Below, piece by piece: positions 1 through 15,500 of a stretch of 64,000 nucleotides of DNA. The translations under genes were made by a program, and so were the position numbers. The DNA comes from Haliotis rufescens (lineage: Eukaryota): positions 34,658,001 through 34,722,000 of the forward strand of contig NW_025963791.1 of the NCBI RefSeq assembly GCF_023055435.1. The letters are read 5' to 3'. Numbering within the stretch: position 1 is the stretch's first letter; every line of letters starts with the position of its first letter. The notes below the pieces were generated by a model. That model was not told the origin of the DNA. It did not search any database and saw only the letters and a program-made list of their open reading frames with translations.

Positions 1-1364
1 ACCAGTGATTCATGGTATGGTGCTGGCAACACAGTCAGCGCTATTCTTGGATACAAACTCATTATCATAGGTTTCTGGCAGGCTTCACTGAACAAGGCTC
101 CGCACAGCGAATTACGGAACGTTACACGACTGGGCCACTCATGTCAAGGCGATGGCTACGAGTAGGAGGAACTGAAGAGCCTTTATGACGTCACACACCG
201 AGTTTTCCACCAATCAAATTACCTCCCTGATGAATTGTTTATTGTATAAACCATTACACAGACATATATTTTAAGTCAGGAACAATGAAAGCAGTGTCCT
301 TTACAAATGACTTTTTTACACAAATAATTTGGGAAATAACATCAAAACAACAATGGCAACATCCTGAGGACAGCACTCACTCAGGTAGAAACATTAATGA
401 ATATCCTTTTTCTCCTATGGTATTTTTTATATGATGCAGGCAAATACTCTTTTATGTTTTACTTCTGGACGAGTCAACGCTTGAAGGGATTTTAAAAAAT
501 CGAATAGAGGCAAAGTCTTTGACGCTATGCTTAATTTTACACACGGTAATGTTTGTTTGTTTGTTTGTTTGTTTGTTGTACTCAGCAATATTCCAGCTAT
601 ATGACTTCGGTTTGTAAATAATCGCGTCTGGACCAGACAATCCACTAATTGACATCATGAGCATCAATCCACGTATTGGGATACGATGACATGCATCAAC
701 CAAATCAGCGAGTCTGACAACCCGATCCCTTCAATCTCCTCATACGACAAGTATAGTTCCCTTTTACTTCAAGCATGGGTCTTATGCAATCGTGAAATTA
801 TCAAAGTTTAATTAAAGTTGATTCGTGGTCCTCTTTCTGTGACAATCTATTGGCAGAGAGTATCGTTAAGCATGTCAATGCTGCCATAACTCTTGTTAAC
901 TAAATCATAAATTGTAAATATTTTGTTAATTATGGAACTGAAGTACAAAAGCAAGGACGTACAATATCACCATATTCTTCAACGCGGTTCTTTAATAGTA
1001 GATTCTTGTTAGACGTTGAAAATTACTGCCATCTGTTATTAACACGTATTGAGCTCTCTTTATTTTAGCCCCATCGCATTCAGTTGAGTGAGAGTTAGTT
1101 GGTTTTAATGCCACTTTGGACAGTATGTCATTGATATCAGTTTAATATGGACAATATGGACTCAGGTGAAACCCCTGAGCACCCGTACGGTGCTGACAAA
1201 ACCAACACCATCTTAATCGGGGCAACTCGGGGATTCGAACCCACGATTCTAGGTTTCTGGCACACCTTACTGACGCGCTTTGCGGTGCCTTGGCCCACGG
1301 GGCTACCTTTCAAATGAAGGCATTACACATATATTTCATATGAGACACGTTCTCGGAGGGGGCG

Positions 1365-1612
1365 AAGGCGCCGCGACTAGCTGTGCAGAGTTGCGTCCCT
1401 TGGGCACGCCAGAAACATATGATTGTGGGTTCCAATCCCGGTTCGCCCCGATTAGGTTTCTAGGTTTGTCAGCACCATACCCGTGCTCGTGGGTTTCACC
1501 AAAGTGGTAAACTTCTGAGACCTGCATCAATTCGGACTTTCCTCCCACATTAAGCTGACACGCTGTGATATAACTTGAATACTGTTAAAAACGGCGTTAA
1601 ACCCAACTCACT
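1365..1612 (+). mobile_element. SINE family A, plus orientation, inverted relative to the copy at 1086-1305
   Basis: Reverse complement of the family A body, ending AAACCCAACTCACTC. Confidence 0.88.
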
Positions 1613-2073
1613 CTCTCGCTCGCGTTGTCGGAACAACTTTCCTTACACGACACAACACCTTTATTAGATTTGCACCTACTTTCACCTGTCTGGCATTGTC
1701 ACCTGTATGTCTAGTGTGCAACTTGATGCACTGTGTTGACATCACCTGCGGTTGACTGGGCAACGCCAGGTAACAGTACACGTCTTGTAACTTCTCACAT
1801 TGCCTATAACAGTACACATTCTTGTACGCAGCGTCCCAGTTGCGATATCGGAGAAAGACACCTTTGTGTAATCAGTGACCTTCCTGGTTCCCTAACTGTT
1901 GACCTGGTTTCAAGATCGTTCAAGTAGAAAAGATATCGGTATTTACATAAAGCCAATCCGATTGAATAACACTACCGACACGATCTTCAGTAAAAAGTGT
2001 TGTTTACTTTAAACATGCTAAACGTGTTTTTGTGTTTAAGTTGAACTGTCAATACACATGTTATTTAGGCTCT

Positions 2074-3460
2074 TGCCTTCACAGCTACTGTTTTTGATGT
2101 ACATAGACGAACTAGTAAATGTGATGAAAAGTGATGACACTCGTGGTATCTTCATTGTTTGTGATATTGATGAAATATTTTGGCATTTATTTGCACATGA
2201 TGTGTCCATACTTGTTGATTCTATTATAAATCTGCAAAACAAAATAACTAGTTTAGAAACATACTGCTATAAATGGGGACTAACAGTAAACATTCATAAG
2301 AGTAAAGTTATGATATTTAAAAATGGAGGGCCTATATCACAACATGAAAAATGGTTTATTAATGGTGAACAGTTTGAAGTGGTGTCATACTATAAATATC
2401 TTGGTATTCTAATTTCATGTAGAAATATGTTTACTCAAGCACGTGTTTCTTTAGCTAAACAGGCAAACAAGGCTCTAGTACTAATTAAAAGAATGATGGT
2501 AAAATATCCAGACGTAAACGTTGATACATACTTTAAAATATTTGATTTAAAATGTTACCTATTTTGCTATATGGCGCGGAAATATGGTGTACAGAAGTAA
2601 GAAAAAGCATTGAAATTATACTAAGTTTTGTAAAAAATACTTTGAAAATGCTGCTGTATTAGGTGAACTTGGAAGAACGAGAATGTATGAACATGGTGTT
2701 GTGAGAATAGTTAAGTATTGGATTAAACTATTAAGAATACCTCTGTGTAAATATCCAAAGCATTGCTATTTCATGCTATGTAAATTTTAAGAATTAGATT
2801 ATAAAAAATGGGTTTCATTTGTAAGATACACATTGTTTAGTTATGGCTTGGTAATGTATGGTCGATGCAAGATGTCGGAGACTCTGGTGTTTTAATTTAT
2901 ACATTCAAGGAAAGAACAAGAGATTTGTTTATGCAAGAATGGTCAGACTGTATATCTAATTCACCAAGGCTAGATTGATATAGCACTTACAAATCCTTAT
3001 TACAACCTGAAAAATATATATCATCGATTAAGACTGTAAATTTAAGATCTTTAACAAAATTCAGATGTTGTTCAAATGATTTTAAAATACATAAATATTG
3101 AATGTCTAGTGACCCTGACTTTGCTGACAGTCAATGCAATTTCTGTAAAGAAGACTTAGATGATGAATACCATGCAATATTTATATGTCCAGTTTATACA
3201 AACTTAAGGATAAGGTATTTGCCCTCGTATTATTATCAATATCCCACCGTGCACTAGTTTGCATTGTTACTCACAACAAACGACAACATTTTATTTCAGC
3301 TAACTTTTTATATTGAAAAAATGTTCAAACATAGAAATTCCAAAGCCAATATAAACTGAAGCGCTCTGTCACAATATGTCAATATTATCCAATGATCTGT
3401 ACTATTGACCTCATGGCCAGACTATACGAAATAAATTCTGTTCTGTTCTGCTCTGTTCTG
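2074..3460 (+). mobile_element. 5'-truncated, degenerate non-LTR retrotransposon (RTEX/CR1-group-like) ORF2 3' end
   Basis: RT motifs LLFLMYIDEL, LFAHDV (YADD-derived), KWGLTVNIHKSKVMIF, YKYLGI. C-terminal CxxC...DEYH...CP knuckle at about 3135-3200. AATAAA plus (TTCTG)n tail. Degenerate TSD tgttatttaggctct / tgtaatttaagctct. Confidence 0.92.
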
Positions 3461-3529
3461 TAATTTAAGCTCTATTCATTTGCAGACTGAACATTTTTGG
3501 TGATATTTCAAATGTTGAGCTTCTCTGCA

Positions 3530-4555
3530 GATTATGTGATGCCTATCTAATGTGTTAATGGAGGATATTGTGATGCCCATCTCATGTGTTGGAGGATGAT
3601 GCCCATCTCATGTGTTGGAGGACATTGTGATGCCCATCTCGTGTGTTGGGAGGACATTGTGACGCCCATCTCGTGTGTTGATGCAGGACATTGTGATGCC
3701 CATCTCGTGTGGAGGACATTGTGATGCCCATCTCGTGTGTTGGAGGACATTGTGATGCCCATCTCGTGTGTTGATGGAGGACATTGTGATGCCCATCTCG
3801 TGTGTTGGAGGACATTGTGATGCCCATCTCGTGTGTTGATGGAGGACACTGTGATGCCCATCTCGTGTGTTGGAGGACATTGTGATGCCCATCTCGTGTG
3901 TTGATGGAGGACACTGTGATGCCCATCTCGTGTGTTGATGGAGGACGTGCTGAAGCCATCTCATGTGTTCGAGGACATTGTGATGCCCATCTCATGTGTT
4001 GGAGGACATTGTGATGCCGATCTCCTGTGTTATTTGAGGACACTGATGCCCATCTCATGTGTTGGAGGACATTGTGATGCCCATCTCGTGTGTTGATGGA
4101 GGACATGCTGAAGCCATCTCATGTGTTGGAGGACATTGTGATGCCCATCTCGTGAGGAGGACATTGTGATGCCCATCTCATGTGTTGATGGAGGACATTG
4201 GGATGCCGATCTCATGTGTTATTGGAGGACACTTGATGCCCATCTCGTGTGTTCGAGGACATTGTGATGCCGATCTCATGTGTTATTGGAGGACACTGAT
4301 GCCCATATCATGTGTTGGAGGACATTGTGATGCCCATCTCATGTGTTGGAGGACATTGTGATGCCCATCTCATGTGTTATTGGAGGACACTGATGCCCAT
4401 CGCGTGTGTTGAGGGAGGACATGCTGAAGCCATCTCATGTGTTGGAGGACATTGTGATGCCCATCTCGTGTGGAGGACATTGTGATGCCCATCTCATGTG
4501 TTGATGGAGCACAGTGTGATGCCCATCTCATGTGTTGGAGGACACAGTTATGCCC
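3530..4555. repeat. Minisatellite, ~29-35-bp unit GGAGGACATTGTGATGCCCATCTC(G/A)TGTGTT(GAT)
   Basis: About 30 tandem units with length variants. Confidence 0.97.
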
Positions 4556-5440
4556 ATAAACTCCCTTGACCCATTGCCCACCATAGTAAATGCTTATGAG
4601 TGAGTGAGTGAGTGAGGCATGCAAGTCTGCACGGTGAATTGTGGCACCATTGATGACTGCCATATATTCCCCGAAAGAGAGTCTTGACTTGTAATTCATA
4701 TACATGTAACTGTTGGCTACAGAACAAAACCATGGTGAAAACAGATGTTAGTAGAAAACAAACTGTCAGGACAATGCAAAACGATCAACAACCAAAGTAA
4801 TATTTCATGAGTTTATTTCATAAAAATAATAGTTCATCTCAGTAAAACAAGGAATATTATTTCATAATTTCTCAAGCACTATTCACATGTGGAGGTTGAA
4901 AGAGTATATATTACAACAAAACAGGACAGCACACACAAAAAGCAAGGAAGTATCATACATAAAACACACATTTCATCAGCACTCTCACATAAATATACTT
5001 TAAAATTCTGCATAGAGCCAAAAAACTTCAATGTATATAAAATTTTATAGACATTAACTCACTCACTGAGAGACGAAATTAAAACATTGCCTCTAAATAA
5101 TTTGTAAACTTTCCTCAAACTATTCCAGTTTTCTGTGTGATATGACACCAGCTTTAAATGTAAGCCTGAAAGAATAGGTCCCTAGAACTCTATGCATGTT
5201 GAACATGAAAGCAGCCTGTAAATAATCATGTCTGAACCATACAATCCAGTGATTGACATTGTAACCAATGGACAGGATATGATGACATGTTATTAGCCAA
5301 GTCATCAAGCCTGACCACTTGTTCCATTAAGTTGCCTTTAATGACGAGCACAGGGACCTTTTCTTACCTGGAATCCCCAAATGATTAATGCTAATAAAAC
5401 TGGGCAAAACTGCCGTATTTTTGTCAGTCAGTTATGAAGA

Positions 5441-5787
5441 GTGAGTGAGTGAGTGAGTGAGTGAGTGAGTGAGTGAGTGAGTGAGTGAGTGAGTGAGTGA
5501 GTGAGTGAGTGAGTGAGTGAGTGAGTGAGTTGTGTTTAACGCCGCTTTTAACAGTATTCCAGTCATATCGCGGCGTGTCAGCTTAATGTGGGAGGAAAGC
5601 CCGAAGTGATGCAGGTTTCAGACATTTACCACTTCGGTGAAACCCACGAGCACGGGTATGGTGCTGACAAACCTAGAAACATAATCGGGTCGAACCGGGA
5701 TTGGAACCCACAATCATAGGTTTCTGGCGTGCCCAACTCTGCATAGCGAATCGCAGCGCCTTAGACGACTGGGCCACCCATGCCCCC
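5441..5787 (-). mobile_element. SINE family A with expanded tail (~22 GAGT units)
   Basis: Same body as 33862-34152. TSD CAGTTATGAAGA. Confidence 0.92.
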
Positions 5788-8409
5788 CAGTTATGAAGAA
5801 GCAGTATCGTGTCATGTGACAGGAGGAATTAGATTAACTAGACTCCTCACTTTATTCCCCACAAGGCATTTCCATTATTGTGATAAGGTCCTTTATGACA
5901 AAAGAAAGGGCAGACCAAACAGATTGACCATCAGCAGCATCAGACCAGAGTCGGGTCTGAAGCTACCCCAGCACTGCCAGACCACTACCATCAGTGAGTG
6001 AGTTAATGCTTTGAGCAATATTGAAGCAGAATCGTGGCATCTGACCACAAGAAAGAACTATGTACTATGATTCTAGGGTATCACACCAGAACAGGTGTCA
6101 CAAGCAAACGCTTTAACCACTGAGCCACCCTCAGATCTGCCACAACTGTCATTTGACAGCCCTGGTGTCTCCAACACACAGCTGTAGGTATACCTATATA
6201 TCTTACATACAAGTTACAGTCAACTCAACAAGTATTTACAGACATGCATAAAATCTTGATTCATGGAAAATATCTTGTATTTAATGACTCTTGTCTCTTG
6301 ATATTGGTACAACGCTGAATTATGATTCCTTTAAATACTTCTGTATAAATTTAATAAAAATGCATTGTTTTAATATAAACTATACAGCTTGCATGTAATG
6401 ATCTAAAATGATAGGGCAAACATTCAGCTCGACTAAAGCTGATATCAACAAGGCACATATCTCCCAGCCTTTCATCGGCTACTGTTTGGAATACACAGCT
6501 GAGAAGCATACAAACAACATCAAATAACTAAACCATTGCACTGGATTGAGCAGAGAGAGTATGGATTACACCGCTTTTAGCAATATTCCAGTAATATCAT
6601 GGCAGGGAACACCAGAAATGGGCTTCACACATTGTACCCATGTTGAGAATCGAACACGGGTCTTAGGCATGACAAGTGAACGCTTAAGCAACTAGGCTAC
6701 CCTCCATTGCACTGGAAGCTACATGTAAAAGATAACCTTGTTCATGGTGAAAATTTAAGTCCATATACACTACAATTAGTGAGGGTCATTTGTACTTTGT
6801 CAGGGTTCAATGACCAGACCCCGGGCAAGCTAAGGCCTGACTTTTTGTGGGGTAGGGTTTACAAATAGGTTGGTATGAAAAAAATAATTATTTAAAAATC
6901 AAACTTTTATTTTTTTATTTCCTCAGAATGTCAAGAAAACAAATTTCGGAAAATATGAATGTCTGTTACTTTATATTTTATAATAGTATTTTAAAAAATG
7001 TATTCATATTGATAGCGACAGTATATGAGGTGGTTATTTAACATTTTTCTTTTTGAGTTAACATATTCACAAACAAATTTTCTTAAAAGTCTGGCCTAAT
7101 GCACTGAACTTTTACTGTTTTAAATCATTCTGATAATAGTCTGAGTAAGGATCATTTTTTTTGCCAGTAAGCGGGAAAAATTGGTTGCATGAGTTCATGC
7201 GAGATGATTAAACATTTTGTTTAAGTAGGATTAAGTATTCATGCTATCGCCACTGTGCAGCTTCAGTTTCATCTGATCAACAAAATACTCTTCATTTAAC
7301 GAAAACAAATAATATATATCATAGTTACAGAAATAAATTCAAGATTTGGTGATCTATCGTTGAATGAAGGCAATGATTCTGAAAAAACACTCCCCTGACA
7401 AAGAACTTGCACAAAACAAGAAATCAAATCGGTCTCGTCTAAAAAAAGTTACATCACATTCCCAGCTCCGATTTTACATCCACGGTCCAACCCATGAAAC
7501 TGTAGCTTCTCAAATTGCATGCGTCCCATTTAGTTAACAAATCACATCAAGCAATAAAAGCAACACATACTATTTACTGCTCAAAACCGCACAGCCTGTT
7601 TGGGATGGTCTTGTGAAGACATTGAACCATGTTGACAAGCAGACAAATGATGGTCTGGGATGGGATGATATGTAATATCAGTGATTATCTATACAGTACA
7701 ATAGTTAGAGACTCAACATAACTCAATCTTTGTGTTGTCCTTAACTATCATTAGAAGCAACCGTTCATGGTAAGTGATATTACCATTCTTTTTCAAACAA
7801 GCAGCCCATCAAATGACAGTATTGTGACAAATTCTCGGTATTCGGAGTATGTAAGTTTGGCTTAATGCCACTTTGAACATTAGTCCAGTTATATCAATGT
7901 ATGTCAGCTTGATGTGGGAGGAAAGCCTGAAGTGATGCCTCAGTGTCTCAGATGTTTATCACTTAGGGGAAACCTATGAGCACGGTAACGATGCTGACAT
8001 ACCTAGTAACTTAATCAGGAGGAGTGTGGGATTTGAACCATGATCACAGGTGTCCGGCACACTTATAGGACACAACTCTGCACAGCACCTTTATTAACAT
8101 GAACATATCAATATCTTACTCTGCATGAAACAATATGATAAATCCCTTTAGATGCTTTTGCTGCAAGAAAACTGCAAGAACTTGTAATAACTGGTTTGTG
8201 AAGTTGGTCAATAGTGACACCTTCATTATATACCCATTGCAAAACGCAATATAAGAAAGAAGGGGTCTGCCTTCTACTTCATTTCAACTCGGTCAACATA
8301 TTTTACTCTCTTTTTCACAAAGAACACCCCAAAAGAATGAAAGAGATCTGGCATTTCATCAAAAAGACGTTTACTCACTATCACAGACGAACAAAATACA
8401 TTCCAACAA

Positions 8410-8680
8410 TGTAAAAGTTAACCACCAATGTAACAGGAAACAATGTAACAGTTAACCACCAATGTAACAGTTAACCACCAATGTAACAGTTAACCACCAA
8501 TGTTACAGTTAACATTGTAACAGTTAACCACCAATGTAACAGTTAACCACCAATGTAACAGTTAACCACCAATGTAACAGTTAACAAACGATGTAACAGT
8601 TAACCAACAATGTAACAGTTAACCACAATGTAACAGTTAACAATGTAACAGTTAACCAACAATGTAACAGTTAACCAAAA
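8410..8680. repeat. Minisatellite, 19-bp AATGTAACAGTTAACCACC
   Basis: About 14 units. Confidence 0.95.
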
Positions 8681-11600
8681 ATTGTTACCACAGTGTCACC
8701 TCATAGGCTCCAGTGGAGCCAACATTGTTACCACAGTGTCACCTCATTCCTCAGGATTTGTCAGATCTTCACACAAGGAGTTGTTTTATCACAAAACATC
8801 TGATTTTAATTTTACTGAATTCCCATCCTTTTATGAACCATGTCTGAACTGCAACACATCATCTTGCATCATCTTGGATTTGATAAATTCACACTTCCCC
8901 AATACAAGATCCTGATTCATTAAGTGAGGAAATATTGAACAGTGGAAGTCAATTTATCCTCATTGAAAGGAAATTCCTATAAACTATCCTATAAAATTAG
9001 AATATTTTCAAAATGGCACAAGGAATTAAATAAAAAGCTATAGTCAATGTTTATACTACCTGTCTAACTATTTGGACTTCAAGGAAGGGAAATAGGTTAA
9101 AGCTAATAATAATAATGATAATCATACAGCGCCAGTCCCACGACTGCTATTGTTCTTTCCGTTCAACTGAAACCCAGCACACGTGACTCACGCATCAGTG
9201 AAGGAAGGAGCTGAGTGGGGCATTAATCTTTCCTTACTGTAATAAATATCCTACTTTCCTTGAACTTTTGCTCTAGTAATAAAGAGCCATTGGTGACGGG
9301 ATGAGTAACAATTGTGATGAAGTTGACCAAATCTTTGTATTCGCTCAAAGATTCATGGCACTAGTCACAGCTAAAGATCTACCATCGAAAACAGTGATCA
9401 CTGCATGGTGTTAATTAATAATGATTTGTAAAAGGAGAAATTTTATTGTAAAATTAATTAAATTAGTTGATGGCTAAAAGAAAACGATAGTGTCTTCAGA
9501 TGCTGGTACTTTACCAATTCAAAATGAAATTATGGTGAAATATAAAATTACAATCGGACGATATATAGAATAACACGGAGTCAATTATTATCTTGTATAT
9601 TTGACATTTACTAACTGGTTACCATAGAAACAGCCGAAATAATGGAATAAAAATATTCTAAGTAGACAATGGTACCAACAATAGGTGTGGGTTGTTCACT
9701 TGTTGTGAGTGCAACTACAGACATTTACCAGTACTTTACATTTTATTGAAAACATATTGTTTCAGTTTCTTTGCATAGCAGCAGCAAAAGTTATGGTGAA
9801 TTAAAAGGGCACAAGCATCACTTCCGCGCTGACTTTGAAACAATTTCTTGAAAATATAAGCAACAAAACCCTTTCCATATTCATAAGAAATTTCGTATAA
9901 AAGCAGAGTCTATTCTATGACGCTAACTATATCAAAAGCATGTGTTTATGAATCAGTATCAATAAGAGATGATAGAGGTGTTAGTGAAAAGGAGAGCGTC
10001 TACCGCCCCACCGGTAGCATCCCTCGCAAACACATGCAAAGGCACTTCAATTAGTGAAATGTTACAGATAAAAGTAAATTAAGGCCTTTTCTAAATACAT
10101 CCACCCTACCCCAAAACACTTACTTCATAATGAGCATAAACATATTGCCAAATGAATCCTTTGTGTTTTATCAAAATATAATATCAAATGGAATGTAATA
10201 CCAGATAGAATGGTTTTATCATTTTCTTTTCAACCACATAACAAAACTACATACAATGATATGTTTATTGAGCTTTTGTGAGTCTATCTGACTGCAGCAA
10301 TGACAAGCTTTATAACAAGGTTTTGTTATGCTATATCAATAGTACACAACGCTGAAGCAGGAACAAGATATCTTCCAACAATATCAACACTACGCCACAG
10401 AGAGCAGTATGTACATATTTACATCATGGTGTTTGACACGAACTGAATACAAATAAATTGTAACAAAAATAATTGCACACATTTTGATCGATGGTAATCA
10501 CTATGAGCTCTCAGGTCGTCTATATATAGCTTCACAAACAACTTGTTTTGAGTACCCATGTGAGACTTAAACCCAGTCTTTGACTGAAGTGTTAGCCAAC
10601 TGTCCACTCTGCTACCCTCGTGCCCTTCCAGACCAACTCGCTGTGCAGAGTAACGTCCCTTGGCACGCCAGAAACCTTAGTTGTGGATTCGAATCCCGGT
10701 TTGCCCCGATCATGTTTCTAGGTTTGTCAGCACCATACCCGGGTTTCAACAATGTGGTAAATGTCTGAGACCTGCATCACTTCGGGGATTCCTCCCACAT
10801 CAAGCTGACATGCTGGAATATTTCACTCATGACCCTCTGAGGTGTGGTTTGTGAGTTCAAGGTCAGTCAAAGAAATATGATTTTCTGATTGTATGTCCAG
10901 TTATATGGGTTAACATAAAGGTATTTGCTGAAGGCAGATCTGAAATTTGCACCTCTGATCAGTGAATCCTGTCACTGCTAAGGGTCACAACTCTGCACTG
11001 CGGCATCTTAGACGACAGGGCCACTTGGGCCCCTCATGTAACTGAAATACACGTCAACAGGACATGAAACATTCTGACCACCCAACTGTATGTGGATAGT
11101 GAATGAGTTTGGTTTGACGTCACTTTGAAAAGTACTTCAGATATATCACTGCGTGTCAGCTTGTTTCTGGGAGGAAAGTCCAAAATGTTGCAGGTGTTAA
11201 ACGTTTACCACTTTGGGGAACAAGTGGATACAGGGCTGACAGACACAGATGCATAGATCAACGAATCTGGGATTCAAACCCATGACAATAGGTGACTCTG
11301 TCGCGCCTAAGGGACGCAACTCTGTAAGCTAACTACAGCACATTAGACACGTACAAGGAGACGAAAAACACATATCGTGAAAATGGTATGTGAAAATAAT
11401 GGTATATGTACAAAAGATTTCAAATCTTAAAATACTGCACAAAAGCGTTTTCTTTTTCATAATTCATCACAGTGTGACAATTCATGATTAATAATATTCA
11501 ATGCATTCAATATTAAAAGGACTTGTTCCTCATTCAACACGGATTCAACCTTGTCATTCTTTATGTACAATCATTTATACAAACTTGAGATGAATATGGT

Positions 11601-12443
11601 TCATAAATATAATATTGCATTGATACCAGCCTGATTCTTGATGTGTAATATGAGCTTACCCAAATATGGGCACAACGCACAATAAACAACAACAAAAACA
11701 ACAAAACATGTTGTTCAATCTGCATCACCATAGCAACTAAGAAACCAAAACAACTTCCCTTTTAACCATACACAATTTTTTTTTTAAAATACGCATCAGA
11801 TGCTTCTCAAACATGTCCCAACATGTTGAGCTTGTTATTCATGGTACACAAAGCGATCTTAGCCCAACGACATCATAACTCATAACTTTAACATGGACTT
11901 AGCGTGGAGAGAGCACTAAGATCTCCATAGCAACTAACAAACCAAAACAAACTTTCATTCCAACTAGAAAACTTTGCATTAGATGCCTCTCAAACCTGTT
12001 CCGACATGTTAAGCTCCACGAGTCTCGTTCCATAAAGCGATCTTAGCCGAACAACTTCCGTAACTCCAGTACTTTAGCATGGACAAAGCGTATCAACAGC
12101 ACTAAGATCTGGGTGCCGTTAGCGCTACGACTGTCATAAGTCTATGTTTTGGTATGGGAGTTACGATCACCCTGGTGCTAAGATCGCTTTGTAAAACGAC
12201 ACCCTGTTTGTGTATCCAAGCTTTGCTTGCAAAGAAAATATGACTTTTTACATGCTACAAAATATGCATTCACATCTATGTTATGAGATCTAAAGCTGTG
12301 TATAAAACTAACTAGATTGTCTTCGGTGAGCACGGTGAGGATATATGCAGTATATATGTAGAGCGCTGTCAACATGGAGGGTCTTCTACTGTGTGAGAAT
12401 AAGGCAAGTTGTTTTCTTTTGCATGGCAGGAAATGTGGTGTGT

Positions 12444-12566
12444 CTATGAAGGGGCCGAGGACAGGATGTTACGAAATCTCCCTGCCTTTTGCTGCTGAGG
12501 CATGCTGGGAGCATCACTGATGTTTTCGTTCATTGCACGTGAAAGACGGACTGACTTTCTCCTCTC
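12444..12566 (-). CDS. PIK3AP1: Terminal coding exon (ERRKSVRLSRAMNENISDAPSMPQQQKAGRFRNILSSAPS*)
   Basis: ttgtag acceptor, phase 0, TAG stop, followed by AT-rich 3'UTR-like sequence. Confidence 0.75.
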   Translation of the reverse strand, partial: ERRKSVRLSRAMNENISDAPSMPQQQKAGRFRNILSSAPS

Positions 12567-15500
12567 CTACAAAGTAAAAAATATTTTTATAAATAAGAAT
12601 CAATGTGAAGCCTCTGTATAGTTATGACCTTTTGTGATTACATTGTTAACGTAAAATGATGTGACATCATAGCCAGTCTATGTTGAAGTGACGTTGATCC
12701 ACAGAAAACACAACACCACCCATCTTCCCGAAGCAAGAGAGTTAACTGACTTTAAAAAGTCTAGTTTCCTCCCTTGCCAAAAACTAGAATTCCTGGGCTC
12801 GACCGTGGCGCCACCAGTGGCTATTATGAGTTATGTCCCTTCTATGCCTCTCCTATGGACCAATCAGATTCTACCTCTCGTATGACTTGCATTTGCTTCA
12901 AACAAAATAGTGGCGCCCAGTCAAGACGATCTGATTGATAATCAATATCTATATTGTAATAAAACGGGTCTTACATCGTGAAGTGCATCAAATCATGTGA
13001 GCACCTTCATTAAAAACATGAAAAGATTAGGAAAATATCTGTTGACAACGAGTTGGCGGTGCACATGAAATGCAAATCCTGCAATCGACTAAAATCTGCA
13101 TGACAGTTTACGAACCGGATTTCGATTTCGTTGCGCGATTTTGATTGGACTATGCATAGACTTGTTAGTCCAGCCAAACTCTAACTCCATAATACCAGCC
13201 TAGTTCAGCAAGGGTGGAAACTGGATTTTTGTAGTCAGTTAACTCCCTTGCCTCAGGAAGATGTACACCACCAAACAAACTACAAGCAATGTCATATAAT
13301 TAGTATATATAAGACATTATTTCTGAGTTTATGCAAGATGAACTAGTGGTGATTCCATAATCAAAGTCTAAGAAGATGAATAACAATTCCAAAAGAAGAA
13401 AGGTGACCTCAGAAGGTGACCGACCTTGACCCACAAACCACACCTTTCAAGGTGACCTTCCTTGAACCCACAAACCACAGGGCAAGGTCATGAGAGAGTT
13501 TGTAATTGTGTTGGGTTCAACGCCATTTGTAATAGTATTCCAGTTAAATCACGGCGTGTCAGCTTAATGTGAGAGGAAAGCCTGAAGTGATGCAGGTCTC
13601 AAGACGTTTATCACTTTGGTGAAACCCACGAGCACGGGGAAGGTGCCGACAAACCTAGAAACATAATCGTGGTGAATCAGGATTCAAACCCACAATCATA
13701 GGTTTCTGTCGTGCTTAAGGGATGCAACTCTGCAGAGCAAAATTGTGGGGCCTTAGACGACAGGGCGAGCTGTGCCCCCTACCAGTGACTGCCTAGACTT
13801 GTGAGACAAGGATTGTTTACTTACCAGTGACTGCCTGGACTTGTGAGACAAGGATTGTTTACTTACCAGTGACTGCCTAGACTTGTGAGACAAGGATTGT
13901 TTACTTACCAGTGACTGCCTAGACTTGTGAGACAAGGATTGTTTACTTACCAGTGACTGCCTAGACTTGTGAGACAAGGATTGTTTACTTACCAGTGACT
14001 GCCTAGACTTGTGAAACAAGGATTGTTTACATACCAGTGAGTGAGTGAGTTTGATTTTACGCCGCTTTTAGCAATGTTCCAGCAATATCACGGCGGGGGA
14101 CACCAGAAATGGGCTTCACACGTTGTACCCATGTCGGGAATCGAACCCGGGTCTTCGACGTGACGAGGGAACGCTTTAACCACTAGGCTACCCGACCGCG
14201 CTACTTACCAGTGAGTGCCTAGACGTGTGAGACAAGGATTGTTTACTTACCAGTGACTGCCTAGACTTTTGAGACAAGGGTTGTTTACCCGACTTCCTTC
14301 TGTACGACTGCAAAAGGAACGTTTCATATAATTAGCTCTGCAATATTCAAAGACATTAACTAAAAATAACCTAGTGCCTCTAATAATATAACTCAATTTT
14401 TTCATCAAATCCATCCACTTAATGTCTTTGCAAAACCAATCAGATCAGTGAACTAATATCAAATCAAAAACTAAAATTTCCAACCACCTTAATCAAGAAT
14501 TTCATAATAAACCCCTGAATCAAGAGGATGCACTTACTATTTTCTCAGCATCAGTGGAGCCATCCTCTTCTTCACTGTAGCTTCCACTGTCCCGGGCCTC
14601 TGTGGGTTCTAACACCGCTGGCAGTGACATCTTACCTGAAAATCAACATCTACATTTACTGATGTCACAAACAAGGAAACTGCTGCATGACGACATCCTG
14701 AGAAATATTCTACACTTTAGTAAGGCTGTCTGTCCTACACACCGAAATCCCAGTAGTACTGGCACTATATTTTCACCCTGAGGCCTTTTAGTTTTTTATC
14801 AGTTGTTTGGGGTTCTTTTGTGCCTAAAATTCAGTGTAATTGGTCAGAAAAAAATACACATAATTTTCTACATCCAGATAAGAAATGCTACTGATGCATG
14901 AAAATAACAAACATGTCTTAATGTGACAAAATACTCAAATATACTTGATTGGTTTTTATTTTATTAGAATAAAGATTTTTATACATAGTATTCACTATTT
15001 CTTACGAAGTGTTTTTCATGTGTTTTTTCATTTCACCTAATTGTAAAACAGAGTTGGCTTACCCAAAATAGTCAAAAGTCATTTTTCTGTTGTTTTTGTT
15101 GGTCGTTATCGTAAACCAACTTAAAAAAATATATGGCCAAACATATATTTCAGTGTAAAATGTATTCTCATTTCTGAGTAGAATTTATCCGTGACGTTAC
15201 TAAAGAACCAAAAGGTTATTTGGGATCCTTCCAAATTATATTTATGAGTAATATTAGGATGACATCAATACATGAGCACATTTAACAAAGGATTACATAT
15301 CATAAAAGGAAAATACATCTTAGCAATGCTGGTAGATCATCTGATGTCATGTAACAAACAATACCAGATAGTTATTAACGACACATATCTATACTTTACC
15401 ATAGCAATACATATCTTGTATGTACCATTGATCAAGGTTTAATATCACAATGTATCGGAAAAAATGATTTGATGTGTATACAAGAGCAAAATGTAGCAAG

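Noticed and set aside
3547-4705. Overlapping His-rich ORFs (HTRWASQCPP)
   Set aside because: Translations of a minisatellite that is open in several frames.
6830-7460. Possible Kolobok-like element starting TAAGGCC
   Set aside because: A matching second terminus and TSD could not be identified.
4800-10270. Poly(A) site of the BCAP-like gene
   Set aside because: Several minus-strand AATAAA candidates (about 10264, 9742, 4812) that cannot be ranked from sequence alone.
13753-14019. SHKSRQSLVSKQSL repeat ORF
   Set aside because: A 42-bp minisatellite disrupted by a SINE.
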